Positions 55,662 through 64,000 of a DNA stretch of 64,000 nucleotides are shown here, one piece after another. Below the pieces are notes generated by a model that saw only the letters and a program-made list of their open reading frames with translations, did no database searches and was not told where the DNA came from. Every line of letters begins with the position of its first letter. The stretch's first letter is position 1. The stretch comes from a virus (Duplodnaviria > Heunggongvirae > Uroviricota > Caudoviricetes). The position numbers and the translations under genes are program-made. The DNA lies in IMG/VR virus record IMGVR_UViG_3300028832_000001, positions 36,007 through 100,006 of that record; one strand, given 5' to 3'.

Positions 55662-56216
55662 TTAATATAATGGACCGCGGCCGCGTTGCATGTTGTTGAA
55701 ACTTTGCATTGCCATATCGTCGAGGAATTCATCAGCTTCTTCAGGACCATATTCGTAAGATTCGTCGTCATTTTCAATATCGAAATCATCAATATCATTA
55801 TAGACTTCATTATCTGGAATATTGTTCGGATCAGTTTCCCATTCAATATAACCCTGGAAATTGCAACGTTCGCAACCTTCACCACCGCAATCAGGACAGA
55901 TATTTACTTCTTGGTCATCACAACATTCTCTATGATCAGCTGAGCAACAGTCATCACCATCACAGTTGAGTCCGCATTCCTTCAAAAGATAATCTTGGAA
56001 TTTCTTGGAATCAAAAACCGGATGCTTGCCAGAATACTTCTTAGATTCCTTAACAAAACGTAAACCGTTTGCATTAACGATTCGCTTTGCTTCAGCAAGC
56101 TTTTCTTCTGGGGTCATTTCTTTTTCTTTTGATTCAGAAACTTGCTTCTTGTCAGTCTTTCTAACAAGATGATAGCCATTCTTCTGAACAATCTTAACTG
56201 CGTCTTCAAATTTCAT
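55662..56216 (-). CDS. Protein with two EAxxI...G motifs and a Cys-rich (DnaJ-like CxxCxGxG) zinc module
   Basis: EDAVKIVQKNGY, AEAKRIVNANGL, CPDCGGEGCERC; acidic tail. Confidence 0.65.
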   Translation of the reverse strand: MKFEDAVKIVQKNGYHLVRKTDKKQVSESKEKEMTPEEKLAEAKRIVNANGLRFVKESKKYSGKHPVFDSKKFQDYLLKECGLNCDGDDCCSADHRECCDDQEVNICPDCGGEGCERCNFQGYIEWETDPNNIPDNEVYNDIDDFDIENDDESYEYGPEEADEFLDDMAMQSFNNMQRGRGPLY

Positions 56217-56228
56217 TTTAAATTCTCC

Positions 56229-56657
56229 TTAGGTAAATTTTAAAAGTAATCCGTATTCATTTTCTAATTTCTGAACTGTGTCAGACATTAGGTTATTCAA
56301 TGCAACTTTGCTCTTGAATTGTTCAGAAAGTTTTTCAACTTCATCAATATAGAAGCGAAGTTTTCTAAGTGCATTTTCTTTATTGTAGATTTCGTCAGAA
56401 ATCATGTAGTTCTTGGATGCAACTTTGAATGGTGTTCCAGTAGCCAAGACGATTTCAACGAGTTGGTCTGCAAAATCTCTAATTGTTTCGTATACTGTCT
56501 GGAAATGTGTGTGGTGGAAACCAGAATCACATGACCAGTGGAAAATGTGGACCTTATTGGCAAATGTAAGAGAATCTACTGCGAAAGTATACAAATTCTG
56601 ATATTCTGCCTCATTAGTTCCAGCAAGATATGATATAAAAGTTTCTGTTTCTTCCAT
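56229..56657 (-). CDS. Ferritin/Dps-like four-helix protein (DUF5856-like)
   Basis: KVHIFHW...HTHFQTVYETIRDFADQLVE; TATAAATA at 56673-56680. Confidence 0.7.
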   Translation of the reverse strand: MEETETFISYLAGTNEAEYQNLYTFAVDSLTFANKVHIFHWSCDSGFHHTHFQTVYETIRDFADQLVEIVLATGTPFKVASKNYMISDEIYNKENALRKLRFYIDEVEKLSEQFKSKVALNNLMSDTVQKLENEYGLLLKFT

Positions 56658-56703
56658 AAAAATTCCTTTTATTATTTATAATTATTAAACTCTGAATTTT
56701 CGG

Positions 56704-58674
56704 TTAATTTTCTATTGGATGATCTGCCCTATATTCTTTAAGTGCATTCTTAGCAGTTGAACGGAACAATGCTGGAACATTATCATTAATCATCTGCTCA
56801 TTTGCGACAATAGTTAATGTTCCTTCATCATTTTTAAACTTGTTGAAATATCCTTTAGCCATTGGTTTATAAAGGGTTGGAACATACTTGTCAATATCAG
56901 CTTCTGTTAAAGTGATAAGGTCTGGATTTTGTTGAACCTTTGGTTTTGGTTGTTCTTTTACAGGTTCTGGTTCTGGTTCTGATTTTGACTGATCTACTAC
57001 AGGTTTAGGTTCAGATTTTGGTTGTTCTGTCGATGCAGTTTGTTCCTGTGTAGCAGGTTTATTATTTTTAGACATATAGTTTTCATAAGCTGATTTAAAC
57101 TTATCTTTTTCTATTTCACCATTACCATAGAGCATGTTATAGTTTAAGCCTTTATTATCTTCACCTAAACCATCTTGTATATCTTGTTTTGCCGCGATTT
57201 CACCCCATTGTGTAGAAGTTAAACCTTGATATTTTCTTTCGTTAGGGTCAGCTTTAGAAATGCCAGCCTTTGCTAATTTTTCTTCACTGATTTTTGGTTT
57301 ATCGTTTGTATTATTTTCTTGCTGTTCTGGATATAATGTTACTGGGGTGTCTAATTTTACCGGTTTCATTGGATCTTCTGCTACAGAAGTTTTAACTTTT
57401 GCAGTATCAATAGGTTTATTGTCTGAATTTCCTATTGTTACTATAGTATCATTCGGTAAATCAGTATTTTCATTATTAGCATATTCAGTTTCAGAATTTA
57501 TCATATTTAAAACTCTAGCATCATGTCTTTCTTTAAGACCTTCCCAGTCTTTTTCATTGACAATGCTTTGAGCTTTTGCACGTTCTTCTTCGGTATAACC
57601 AGCATCATAAGTTTTATCATATCTCGGTTTACCATTATCGAGTTCACCTCGCATCATTCTATATGCGAGTTCATCAGTTCTATCTTCAGGAGATAACGAA
57701 TTTAAGTCAACAGGATTATTATTTCTATTTGACTGAATAAGAACATCATTTAATACCATTTCACTATCAGTATTAGTTTCTGGACGTTCTTGTTCTGTAA
57801 CAGAATCAGTAACAGTATTTTGACCAGTTGGAACTTCACCGGCATTATTAAATTCATTTTGTAATGCAGTATTATTTGAATCAGGAAGAGCAACGTCTGG
57901 ACTTGTCGGGTCAACAGTAATATCAGTAACATTTTCTACTGGCTTTTCTCCGCTATTAGTTGATTCTTGTAATGGACTATCTGGATTAGATTCTTCAATA
58001 ACTGGAGCAGTAACTTCTTCTGTCGGTGCAGGAGATTCTTGTGCTGTTGATGGTTCTTCTTCCTTGGTTTCTTTTGCATAAGCGTCTTCTTCACCTGAAA
58101 GAACATAGAAGGAACGATATGAAAATTTTAAAGTCCATTTTGCAATATCAGCAGAGCTATAATCAAGATCAAATTTAGTATAGTCTACAAGCTTTAATTC
58201 TTTGAATACATATTTTAAATAAACGGTTGAAAAAATATTATTAAAAACATATACAGTTAATTCTGGAATATAATCAGTCAATTTATATTCGAATGTATCT
58301 TCATCAAATAATTTTGATAAAAATAAATTTACCAGATTAGTAATAGCAAGCGTTCCATCTTTAGTATAATGTTCAATTAGTTCTATTTCTAAATCACCCA
58401 AAGATGTTGGGTCCATATAAATAATGGTTTTGCTATTATTACCATATTCAAAGATTTCTTCTTTTGGTTTATATGACGGTAAAGTAACAGAAGTGCATTC
58501 ACAAAGCTCAATTTCACCATTTTCTGGCTTTGTGGTTTTTAAAGCATATCTGTTCTCTTTTGGACTATTATCATTCCAAAAATCAGCATCATCAAGTTTT
58601 AAACGAACCTGATAAGAATCTGATAATTTTATAGTTTTGGTCGTTAAATAGCCATAAATATTGCATAAACTCAT
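56704..58674 (-). CDS. Tail-tube-fold domain fused to a long extension with a Cpl-7-like cell-wall-binding motif
   Basis: N-terminal CTSVTLPSY...LEIELIE...YVFKELKL...FDLDYSS...WTLKFSY; DELAYRMMRGELDNGKPRY...AGY...QSIVN. Confidence 0.6.
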   Translation of the reverse strand: MSLCNIYGYLTTKTIKLSDSYQVRLKLDDADFWNDNSPKENRYALKTTKPENGEIELCECTSVTLPSYKPKEEIFEYGNNSKTIIYMDPTSLGDLEIELIEHYTKDGTLAITNLVNLFLSKLFDEDTFEYKLTDYIPELTVYVFNNIFSTVYLKYVFKELKLVDYTKFDLDYSSADIAKWTLKFSYRSFYVLSGEEDAYAKETKEEEPSTAQESPAPTEEVTAPVIEESNPDSPLQESTNSGEKPVENVTDITVDPTSPDVALPDSNNTALQNEFNNAGEVPTGQNTVTDSVTEQERPETNTDSEMVLNDVLIQSNRNNNPVDLNSLSPEDRTDELAYRMMRGELDNGKPRYDKTYDAGYTEEERAKAQSIVNEKDWEGLKERHDARVLNMINSETEYANNENTDLPNDTIVTIGNSDNKPIDTAKVKTSVAEDPMKPVKLDTPVTLYPEQQENNTNDKPKISEEKLAKAGISKADPNERKYQGLTSTQWGEIAAKQDIQDGLGEDNKGLNYNMLYGNGEIEKDKFKSAYENYMSKNNKPATQEQTASTEQPKSEPKPVVDQSKSEPEPEPVKEQPKPKVQQNPDLITLTEADIDKYVPTLYKPMAKGYFNKFKNDEGTLTIVANEQMINDNVPALFRSTAKNALKEYRADHPIEN

Positions 58675-58678
58675 ACAT

Positions 58679-58690
58679 TATTTATAAATA
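58679..58690. promoter_or_regulatory. Palindromic bidirectional late promoter TATTTATAAATA
   Basis: Fills a 20-bp divergent gap; both ATGs lie 4 nt away. Confidence 0.85.
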
Positions 58691-58694
58691 GTAT

Positions 58695-59546
58695 ATGAAT
58701 CCAAATAACTTAAAAGATTGCTTAACTAAGTTCTGGACACCGAAAAAATGCGGAAAATCCGGAGAACCTGAAGATTTTATTGAACAACATGATATGATTC
58801 TGGGTAGGACTTTAATGGCTGACCCGGCTGATTTATTAGAACAATTAGAAGAAAATACATTCAATTTTCAGAAGTTTGATATGATTGAATGGTCAGATTT
58901 TTTAAGACGTGCAAATTTAGCAGAATATTTAAGATCTGATTATATAAAGCTTGCATTAGATGTAACAACTACAAGACCAGCTATAGGAAAAGGAGAATTT
59001 CTTTTTGTAAGCTGTTTCTCTAATCTTGGATTTGCAAATGGTAAAGGAGATATTGTAGATTTTAAAACAGGTAAACGTTGTGAATTTAAAGGTATTCGTT
59101 CTACATTATCAGGCGACAGTAAAGCATATAGACAAATGAATAAATCAATCATTTATTCTATATTTTCTCTATTTGGCACTGGTTCTTCTCATGACCATTT
59201 TAATCGTAAATGTGCAAGAGATATTGATGAATTATTAAAGTCAAAACCAAGTTTAATAAATGAAGTATTAAAACGTTTACAAAATTTAACAGAACCAGAT
59301 CTGAGTTTTATAAAGCCATTTGCTGAATTATATGAAATTAAGAAAGATATTTTTATGGTTGTTGGTGCAATGCAACTTTGCATTTATTTGAAGACACAAA
59401 ATTCACAATATATTTTGTTTACAAATGATGAAGGATTTAGATGTTTTGAACAACCAAAGAGTGCAGAAGATGCATATTATATCGTTAATGAACTTAAATT
59501 ATCAAGTTGGCAAACTAGTGATTATGGTATGACTATAGGTATGTAA
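58695..59546 (+). CDS. PD-(D/E)xK nuclease-like protein
   Basis: IGKGEFL...GKGDIV...RCEFKG. Confidence 0.5.
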   Translation: MNPNNLKDCLTKFWTPKKCGKSGEPEDFIEQHDMILGRTLMADPADLLEQLEENTFNFQKFDMIEWSDFLRRANLAEYLRSDYIKLALDVTTTRPAIGKGEFLFVSCFSNLGFANGKGDIVDFKTGKRCEFKGIRSTLSGDSKAYRQMNKSIIYSIFSLFGTGSSHDHFNRKCARDIDELLKSKPSLINEVLKRLQNLTEPDLSFIKPFAELYEIKKDIFMVVGAMQLCIYLKTQNSQYILFTNDEGFRCFEQPKSAEDAYYIVNELKLSSWQTSDYGMTIGM

Positions 59547-60961
59547 TGGCAGACGGAAATGATAAGAACATATTAGACCCATCATCTGCATCGCAGTCTG
59601 GTCCAACAGCTTCTGTTAATAACGTAATAGAAGTTTTGTATGGTAGTGATGATATTCAAAAAGCATATCCGATTCCGACAAACAAGATAGATAAGATTCA
59701 GATTAAAGAAAGTTTCTTTTCAAAACTTCCAACTTTGAAACTTATCTTGTCTGACGTTGGTACTCTTTTCAATACCGTTGGCTTTCAGATTGGTTATACA
59801 ATCAATGTTAAGATTACTCCAATTGTTAAGAATAAAGATGTTATTCCAAGACCTTATGTAAATTCAAATTTTACAATTCAATCAATTAACTATGTTTTTG
59901 ATTTGGATAAGAAAGATTACGTATATGAATTGAATTGTATATATCCAGCAGAAAAATATTTGAATGATATTTGTGTTTGGCCAGTAACTGAAATCGATGC
60001 ACTTAATATTGAAAAGCAATATACTAGTGAAGAATTGTTACGTTTAATTTGCACACGCGGTGGTTTAGGATTTTATTCTAATTTAACTACGGAACCAAGT
60101 GATAGCATGGCATGGCTTAATTGTAGCTTAACTTATAGCGAGTTTGCAGAGAAGGTAATAAAACATGCATGGGTTGGCGATGATGATATGCCGATTCTTT
60201 ATGTAAACAAGGAAGGCACAGCAATTTATAATACATTAAATACAATGTGTAATGGTGCTACAAAATATACTTATATTCATAAAACTTTATATGATATGAA
60301 GTATAAGCCGACAGGAAATAATCCGAATAGAAAGCCAAGCGGATATAGAACATTTACAGATATGACGTTTAATAACGTTGGTTATATTCAGAACCAAGGT
60401 GCTTATGGTGTAAAAACATATATTTACAATCCATATCATATTAAGAGCATAAATCCGCTTAGTATCAAACCAAAAGTTCCGAAGAATATTAAGAATGTAA
60501 CTCTTAATGATGCATGTTTGCGTTATAAAGAATTCCATGATAATAAAATAAGAGTTGCACAGATGAGTAATAAATCACCTGGACAAGTACAGAATTTTAG
60601 ATATTCTTTCTCTAAGATGCACTTTAAACAGACACATGAAAATTATGATTATGCTCCACAACATAATGAAAGTATCAAACGTGCATTCTTCCAGCAATTT
60701 GTTTCTTTGACTGTTGACGCAGTTAACCAACCAGATTATGATTTTGACCCATTACAGATGGTTTATCTTGGTGATAAGATAAGTGTTCGTGTAGATTCAA
60801 CTTATAATCCAGGAACTATCCAGTCTGGCGATTATATCGTAACTGGATTAGTTCATAATTTTTATCCAAGGTCTAATTACACAATAAATATAATCGCAGC
60901 AAACGATGGTATCAATGGTGTAGGCCAGTTGAAAAAAGAAAGTGATATTAATAAGAAGTAG
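59546..60961 (+). CDS. Baseplate hub protein (gp27-like)
   Basis: IQIKESFFSKLPTLKLILSD...; C-terminal LGDKISV...SGDYIVTGLVHNF; immediately precedes gp5. Confidence 0.65.
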   Translation: MADGNDKNILDPSSASQSGPTASVNNVIEVLYGSDDIQKAYPIPTNKIDKIQIKESFFSKLPTLKLILSDVGTLFNTVGFQIGYTINVKITPIVKNKDVIPRPYVNSNFTIQSINYVFDLDKKDYVYELNCIYPAEKYLNDICVWPVTEIDALNIEKQYTSEELLRLICTRGGLGFYSNLTTEPSDSMAWLNCSLTYSEFAEKVIKHAWVGDDDMPILYVNKEGTAIYNTLNTMCNGATKYTYIHKTLYDMKYKPTGNNPNRKPSGYRTFTDMTFNNVGYIQNQGAYGVKTYIYNPYHIKSINPLSIKPKVPKNIKNVTLNDACLRYKEFHDNKIRVAQMSNKSPGQVQNFRYSFSKMHFKQTHENYDYAPQHNESIKRAFFQQFVSLTVDAVNQPDYDFDPLQMVYLGDKISVRVDSTYNPGTIQSGDYIVTGLVHNFYPRSNYTINIIAANDGINGVGQLKKESDINKK

Positions 60962-60969
60962 GTTTATTT

Positions 60970-61749
60970 ATGGCAATGAATACAGATGAAATGCTTAATG
61001 AAATAATGAGTAAGGTTGATTCTGGTTTTAAGGAACAACAGGCAGACACTTACGAAAAATTTTCACAAGATCCGCATGACAGATGGACTGGTAAAGTTAT
61101 TGATAACGTAGATCCAGAAATGCTTGGTCGTGTAAAGATTCTTGTTTTTGGTTATTATGACGAATTGGCAGAATTCGCATTGCCATGGGCAGTACCTGAT
61201 ATTGGTTATATCGGTGGTTCGAATGGTAGTTTCGTTGTTCCTGAAGTTGGAACTTTTGTCAGAGGATATTTTGACCAAGGTGACATTCAGAAACCAATTT
61301 ATGACTCTATTGCATTCAGTGAAATGACTGCTAAGAATAAAACCAAAAATATGATGATTAATAAGTTGGAGAATTATCCTCATAAGATGGTTCTTATGGA
61401 AACTGACCAAGGTGATTATCTGACTTTGAATCGTTTTGATGGTGAAACAAAATTCCATCATAGAAGTGGTTTTGATATAACAATCGGTGCAGATGGTTCT
61501 TTAACTATCAATACTGGTGCTAGATATTCTCAACAAGGAAATATCAAAATTGAATGTCATGGTGATACAGAAATAAAGACAAATGGTGATACTTCTGTTA
61601 CTTCTGAATTTGGTAATGTAACTGTAGATTCTAAGTTGGGATTCGTTATGCTTGGTAAAAATCAGGCAAAACAGTTGGTTAATAACTTACCTATTTGTCC
61701 TATTACTGGAATGCCACATTGCACTGGTAATACTAATGTTATCTGTTAA
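60970..61749 (+). CDS. gp5: Baseplate central spike (gp5 OB-fold + beta-helix, no lysozyme domain)
   Basis: GKVIDNVDPEMLGRVKILVFG...LPWA...FVVPEVGTFVRGYFDQGD...P; HHRSG; C-terminal CPITGMPHC. Confidence 0.8.
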   Translation: MAMNTDEMLNEIMSKVDSGFKEQQADTYEKFSQDPHDRWTGKVIDNVDPEMLGRVKILVFGYYDELAEFALPWAVPDIGYIGGSNGSFVVPEVGTFVRGYFDQGDIQKPIYDSIAFSEMTAKNKTKNMMINKLENYPHKMVLMETDQGDYLTLNRFDGETKFHHRSGFDITIGADGSLTINTGARYSQQGNIKIECHGDTEIKTNGDTSVTSEFGNVTVDSKLGFVMLGKNQAKQLVNNLPICPITGMPHCTGNTNVIC

Positions 61750-61770
61750 TTTTAGGTATATAAATATTAT

Positions 61771-62175
61771 ATGTTAGAACTAAATAAAAATCCAGATTAT
61801 ACTTGGTTAGAAACCAGTAAGATTGACAGCGAATATTATGATTTAAACGCTGATTTACGTGGTGTCGAAGTATGGAACAAAGATGCATTAGATCAGATGA
61901 TTGAGATGGTCATTGTTACAGAACCACATGAACGTTTATTTAATTTATCCTTTGGTTCTCCATTATATCAAGTATTATTTGATAATTTTAATCAATTAGA
62001 TAGAATAGTAAATACTGTATTTGATACTATTGAATATTGGGTTCCAGTTACAATCGATAGAGCAAATGCAGATGTTGAAGCTGATGAAGATAATCATGCA
62101 TTATTATTTAAGATTCCATATGTTTCAAATAATGGCATGATTAAAGGAATATTTGCAAGAAAAATCAGTAAGTAA
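61771..62175 (+). CDS. gp25: Baseplate wedge subunit (gp25-like)
   Basis: ALDQMIEMVIVTEPHERLFNLSFGSPLYQVLFD...IEYWVP. Confidence 0.85.
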   Translation: MLELNKNPDYTWLETSKIDSEYYDLNADLRGVEVWNKDALDQMIEMVIVTEPHERLFNLSFGSPLYQVLFDNFNQLDRIVNTVFDTIEYWVPVTIDRANADVEADEDNHALLFKIPYVSNNGMIKGIFARKISK

Positions 62176-62185
62176 GGTATAATAA

Positions 62186-63613
62186 ATGGTTGATAACGAA
62201 ATAAGAAATTTTGCAGGACCAAAGATAGAGCATGACAGCAAAACAGGCTTGTCACATTTTATCCTATCAACCACTTATGATACTCCTGCAGGTCCTGAAA
62301 TTATCCAGCTACATGGATTACTTTCAGATTTGCCAGAAATTAGTTTTACAGTTAATTATGAAGATGGTCCTGGTAATGAATGGCAGGATATTTTATCTAA
62401 TTTCATGACTAATGACTTAATGTCAATATTTAATGCTATTGGTGCAAAGGGTGCAGGATTCAAAAATATAGTTAAGGCTGGTTCTTGGACAAAGCAGGTC
62501 TATGCTGGTTATGCTCCTTCAACAATACCATTAAAGTTTAGAATTTATACTAGAGATACCTTTGGACAGTCTAATGTTGAAATGTGGAAAAAGTATCTCG
62601 TTAAATTTGCATCAATTAATGACGGTAATAAATTTAGTATAGGTGCAGCTACAGATAATATATTTAATGCTATAGCAACAGCATATAATACTGGTGAAGA
62701 TGTTGCAGAACTTGCAAATAGTTCTGTAACCGCTTTAAAGAATACCACAGATGTTACAGCAGGTCAGTCAAATTCAAAAAGCGAAGGTAATGATTTCGTT
62801 TCTAAATCTATGACTGTTGAAGCACAAATAGATGCAATTAAAACAGCATTAGCAGATATTTCTGCACTTGCATCTGCGAATGATGTTTTTAAAATTGACA
62901 TGAAGATTGAAAAAAACAATGAAACTGTAACAGAATATTTAGGTTGGGGCGGTGCATATACTCCTATTACTTTTACTGCAAGTTTTACAGATACTAGAGC
63001 AGCAAATTCTAATGTAACATTAGCTCCTGTTGAAATTGGTAGACTTAATGCAGTTACTATGACTGGTAATGAAGACCCTGATGAAATTTATATTTCTTAT
63101 GAAGATTTAGAAGGTGCTATTGATGATTTTGTTGGTAAATGTTCATCATTAAGCAATGAAGCAGCATCAAAAATTAAAGATACCTTAGGTGATTCTTCAA
63201 AAAAGAAAATAAAAGATGCATTTGAAGCAAAAGCACCACATGAAGCAAAAAATAATGATATTCGTAAATTAGGAAAATTTATTAAAGATAATGCCAATGC
63301 TATTGGTGATATTATGGTTTCTAAATATGATGAAAACCGTGTTTATGAAACTATGAATATTGAAAATAGCCTAGGTGAAAAGTTATGGCATCTAAATATT
63401 TACGATAATGTCATCTTTAACATGGCAAAACCATTAGTCGTTTATATTTCTGAATGGAGTTATAAAGCATCAGAAGAACGTGATGGTAATGATCCTGTTT
63501 ATTATGATTTTGAAATTACTTGTGCATTAGACCAAGTTTATTCTCGTGATACATGGAATAAAATTTTAGCAAGACCAGCAACAGAAATAAAGCTGCCAAT
63601 TGGTGGTTTTTGA
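62186..63613 (+). CDS. Baseplate tube-initiator-like protein (gp48/gp54 class) with internal insertion
   Basis: TKQVYAGYAPSTIPLKFRIY; C-terminal WHLNIY...YISEWSYK...PVYYDFEITC. Confidence 0.5.
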   Translation: MVDNEIRNFAGPKIEHDSKTGLSHFILSTTYDTPAGPEIIQLHGLLSDLPEISFTVNYEDGPGNEWQDILSNFMTNDLMSIFNAIGAKGAGFKNIVKAGSWTKQVYAGYAPSTIPLKFRIYTRDTFGQSNVEMWKKYLVKFASINDGNKFSIGAATDNIFNAIATAYNTGEDVAELANSSVTALKNTTDVTAGQSNSKSEGNDFVSKSMTVEAQIDAIKTALADISALASANDVFKIDMKIEKNNETVTEYLGWGGAYTPITFTASFTDTRAANSNVTLAPVEIGRLNAVTMTGNEDPDEIYISYEDLEGAIDDFVGKCSSLSNEAASKIKDTLGDSSKKKIKDAFEAKAPHEAKNNDIRKLGKFIKDNANAIGDIMVSKYDENRVYETMNIENSLGEKLWHLNIYDNVIFNMAKPLVVYISEWSYKASEERDGNDPVYYDFEITCALDQVYSRDTWNKILARPATEIKLPIGGF

Positions 63614-63632
63614 AACCGCTAATAAATGATGT

Positions 63633-64000
63633 TTAACATAATATTTCTGTTAAATCAGCATCGGTTAATACATACTGTGTTTGTAATGATACATTAAAAT
63701 CTACATATATTGGATTATTATTATATGTTGTATTTAATGATGGTTTAAATGACCATGATTTTAATAACCATTTTACTTTAGGCGATGATTTAATTAAACC
63801 ATTAATATCAAGCTTTATTAATGGACAACCACCTGTATCATTATCTTCCATATTGCCAAGACCTTCAATAAATTCTTTTAAGTGGTCTATGTCCTGTTTA
63901 ACTTCTTTAGATGCTAGACTTCCTTCAAGTTTATTATTTTTTATAGAATTACCAATATCTCTAAATGAAATCTTTTCATTGCCAAGATTATTTTTTAAAC
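63633..64000 (-). CDS. 3' end of a paralogue of the 62186 gene (runs off the window)
   Basis: Frame open to the window edge; LIKLDINGLI...LLKSWSFKPS...PIYVDFNVSLQT aligns with the C-terminus of 62186..63613. Confidence 0.65.
   Translation of the reverse strand, partial: LKNNLGNEKISFRDIGNSIKNNKLEGSLASKEVKQDIDHLKEFIEGLGNMEDNDTGGCPLIKLDINGLIKSSPKVKWLLKSWSFKPSLNTTYNNNPIYVDFNVSLQTQYVLTDADLTEILC

Noticed and set aside
1-64000. CRISPR array, DGR, integrase or IS element
   Set aside because: No regularly spaced direct repeats, reverse transcriptase, recombinase or transposase motifs seen by eye
1-64000. Stop-codon recoding as in some gut megaphages
   Set aside because: Conserved genes are full length in code 11, and TAA, TAG and TGA all end genes at expected positions

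Overview
64 kb fragment of a large, AT-rich, T4-like (contractile-tailed) bacteriophage genome in the standard genetic code. It holds most of the virion morphogenesis genes: portal gp20, protease gp21, scaffold gp22, major capsid gp23, small terminase gp16, head-completion gp4, neck gp14, sheath gp18, tube gp19, baseplate gp6/gp25/gp5/gp27-like, two gp26-like hubs and several fibre-like proteins. It also carries late sigma gp55, RegA, clamp-loader gp62, a RuvC-like resolvase, a HAD nucleotidase and two glycosyltransferases. The T4 late operons are broken into many small units of alternating orientation, each with its own TATAAATA late promoter and hairpin terminator. Main highlights: (1) the large terminase is present only as a stand-alone C-terminal gene that begins with the 101-aa C-half of an atypically split intein, with no N-half in the window; (2) six scattered late genes share an undescribed ~20-aa motif (EAxxIxxxxGYxVxxE), and one carries a near-perfect copy of the major capsid protein's mature N-terminal arm, suggesting a capsid-addressing system for cargo proteins; (3) a ~320-nt ORF-free, promoter-led, hairpin- and pseudoknot-rich candidate ncRNA at 14.85-15.16 kb; (4) many late genes appear to be leaderless, driven from 12-bp palindromic bidirectional promoters. 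All family assignments come from motif recognition by eye; no database search was run.
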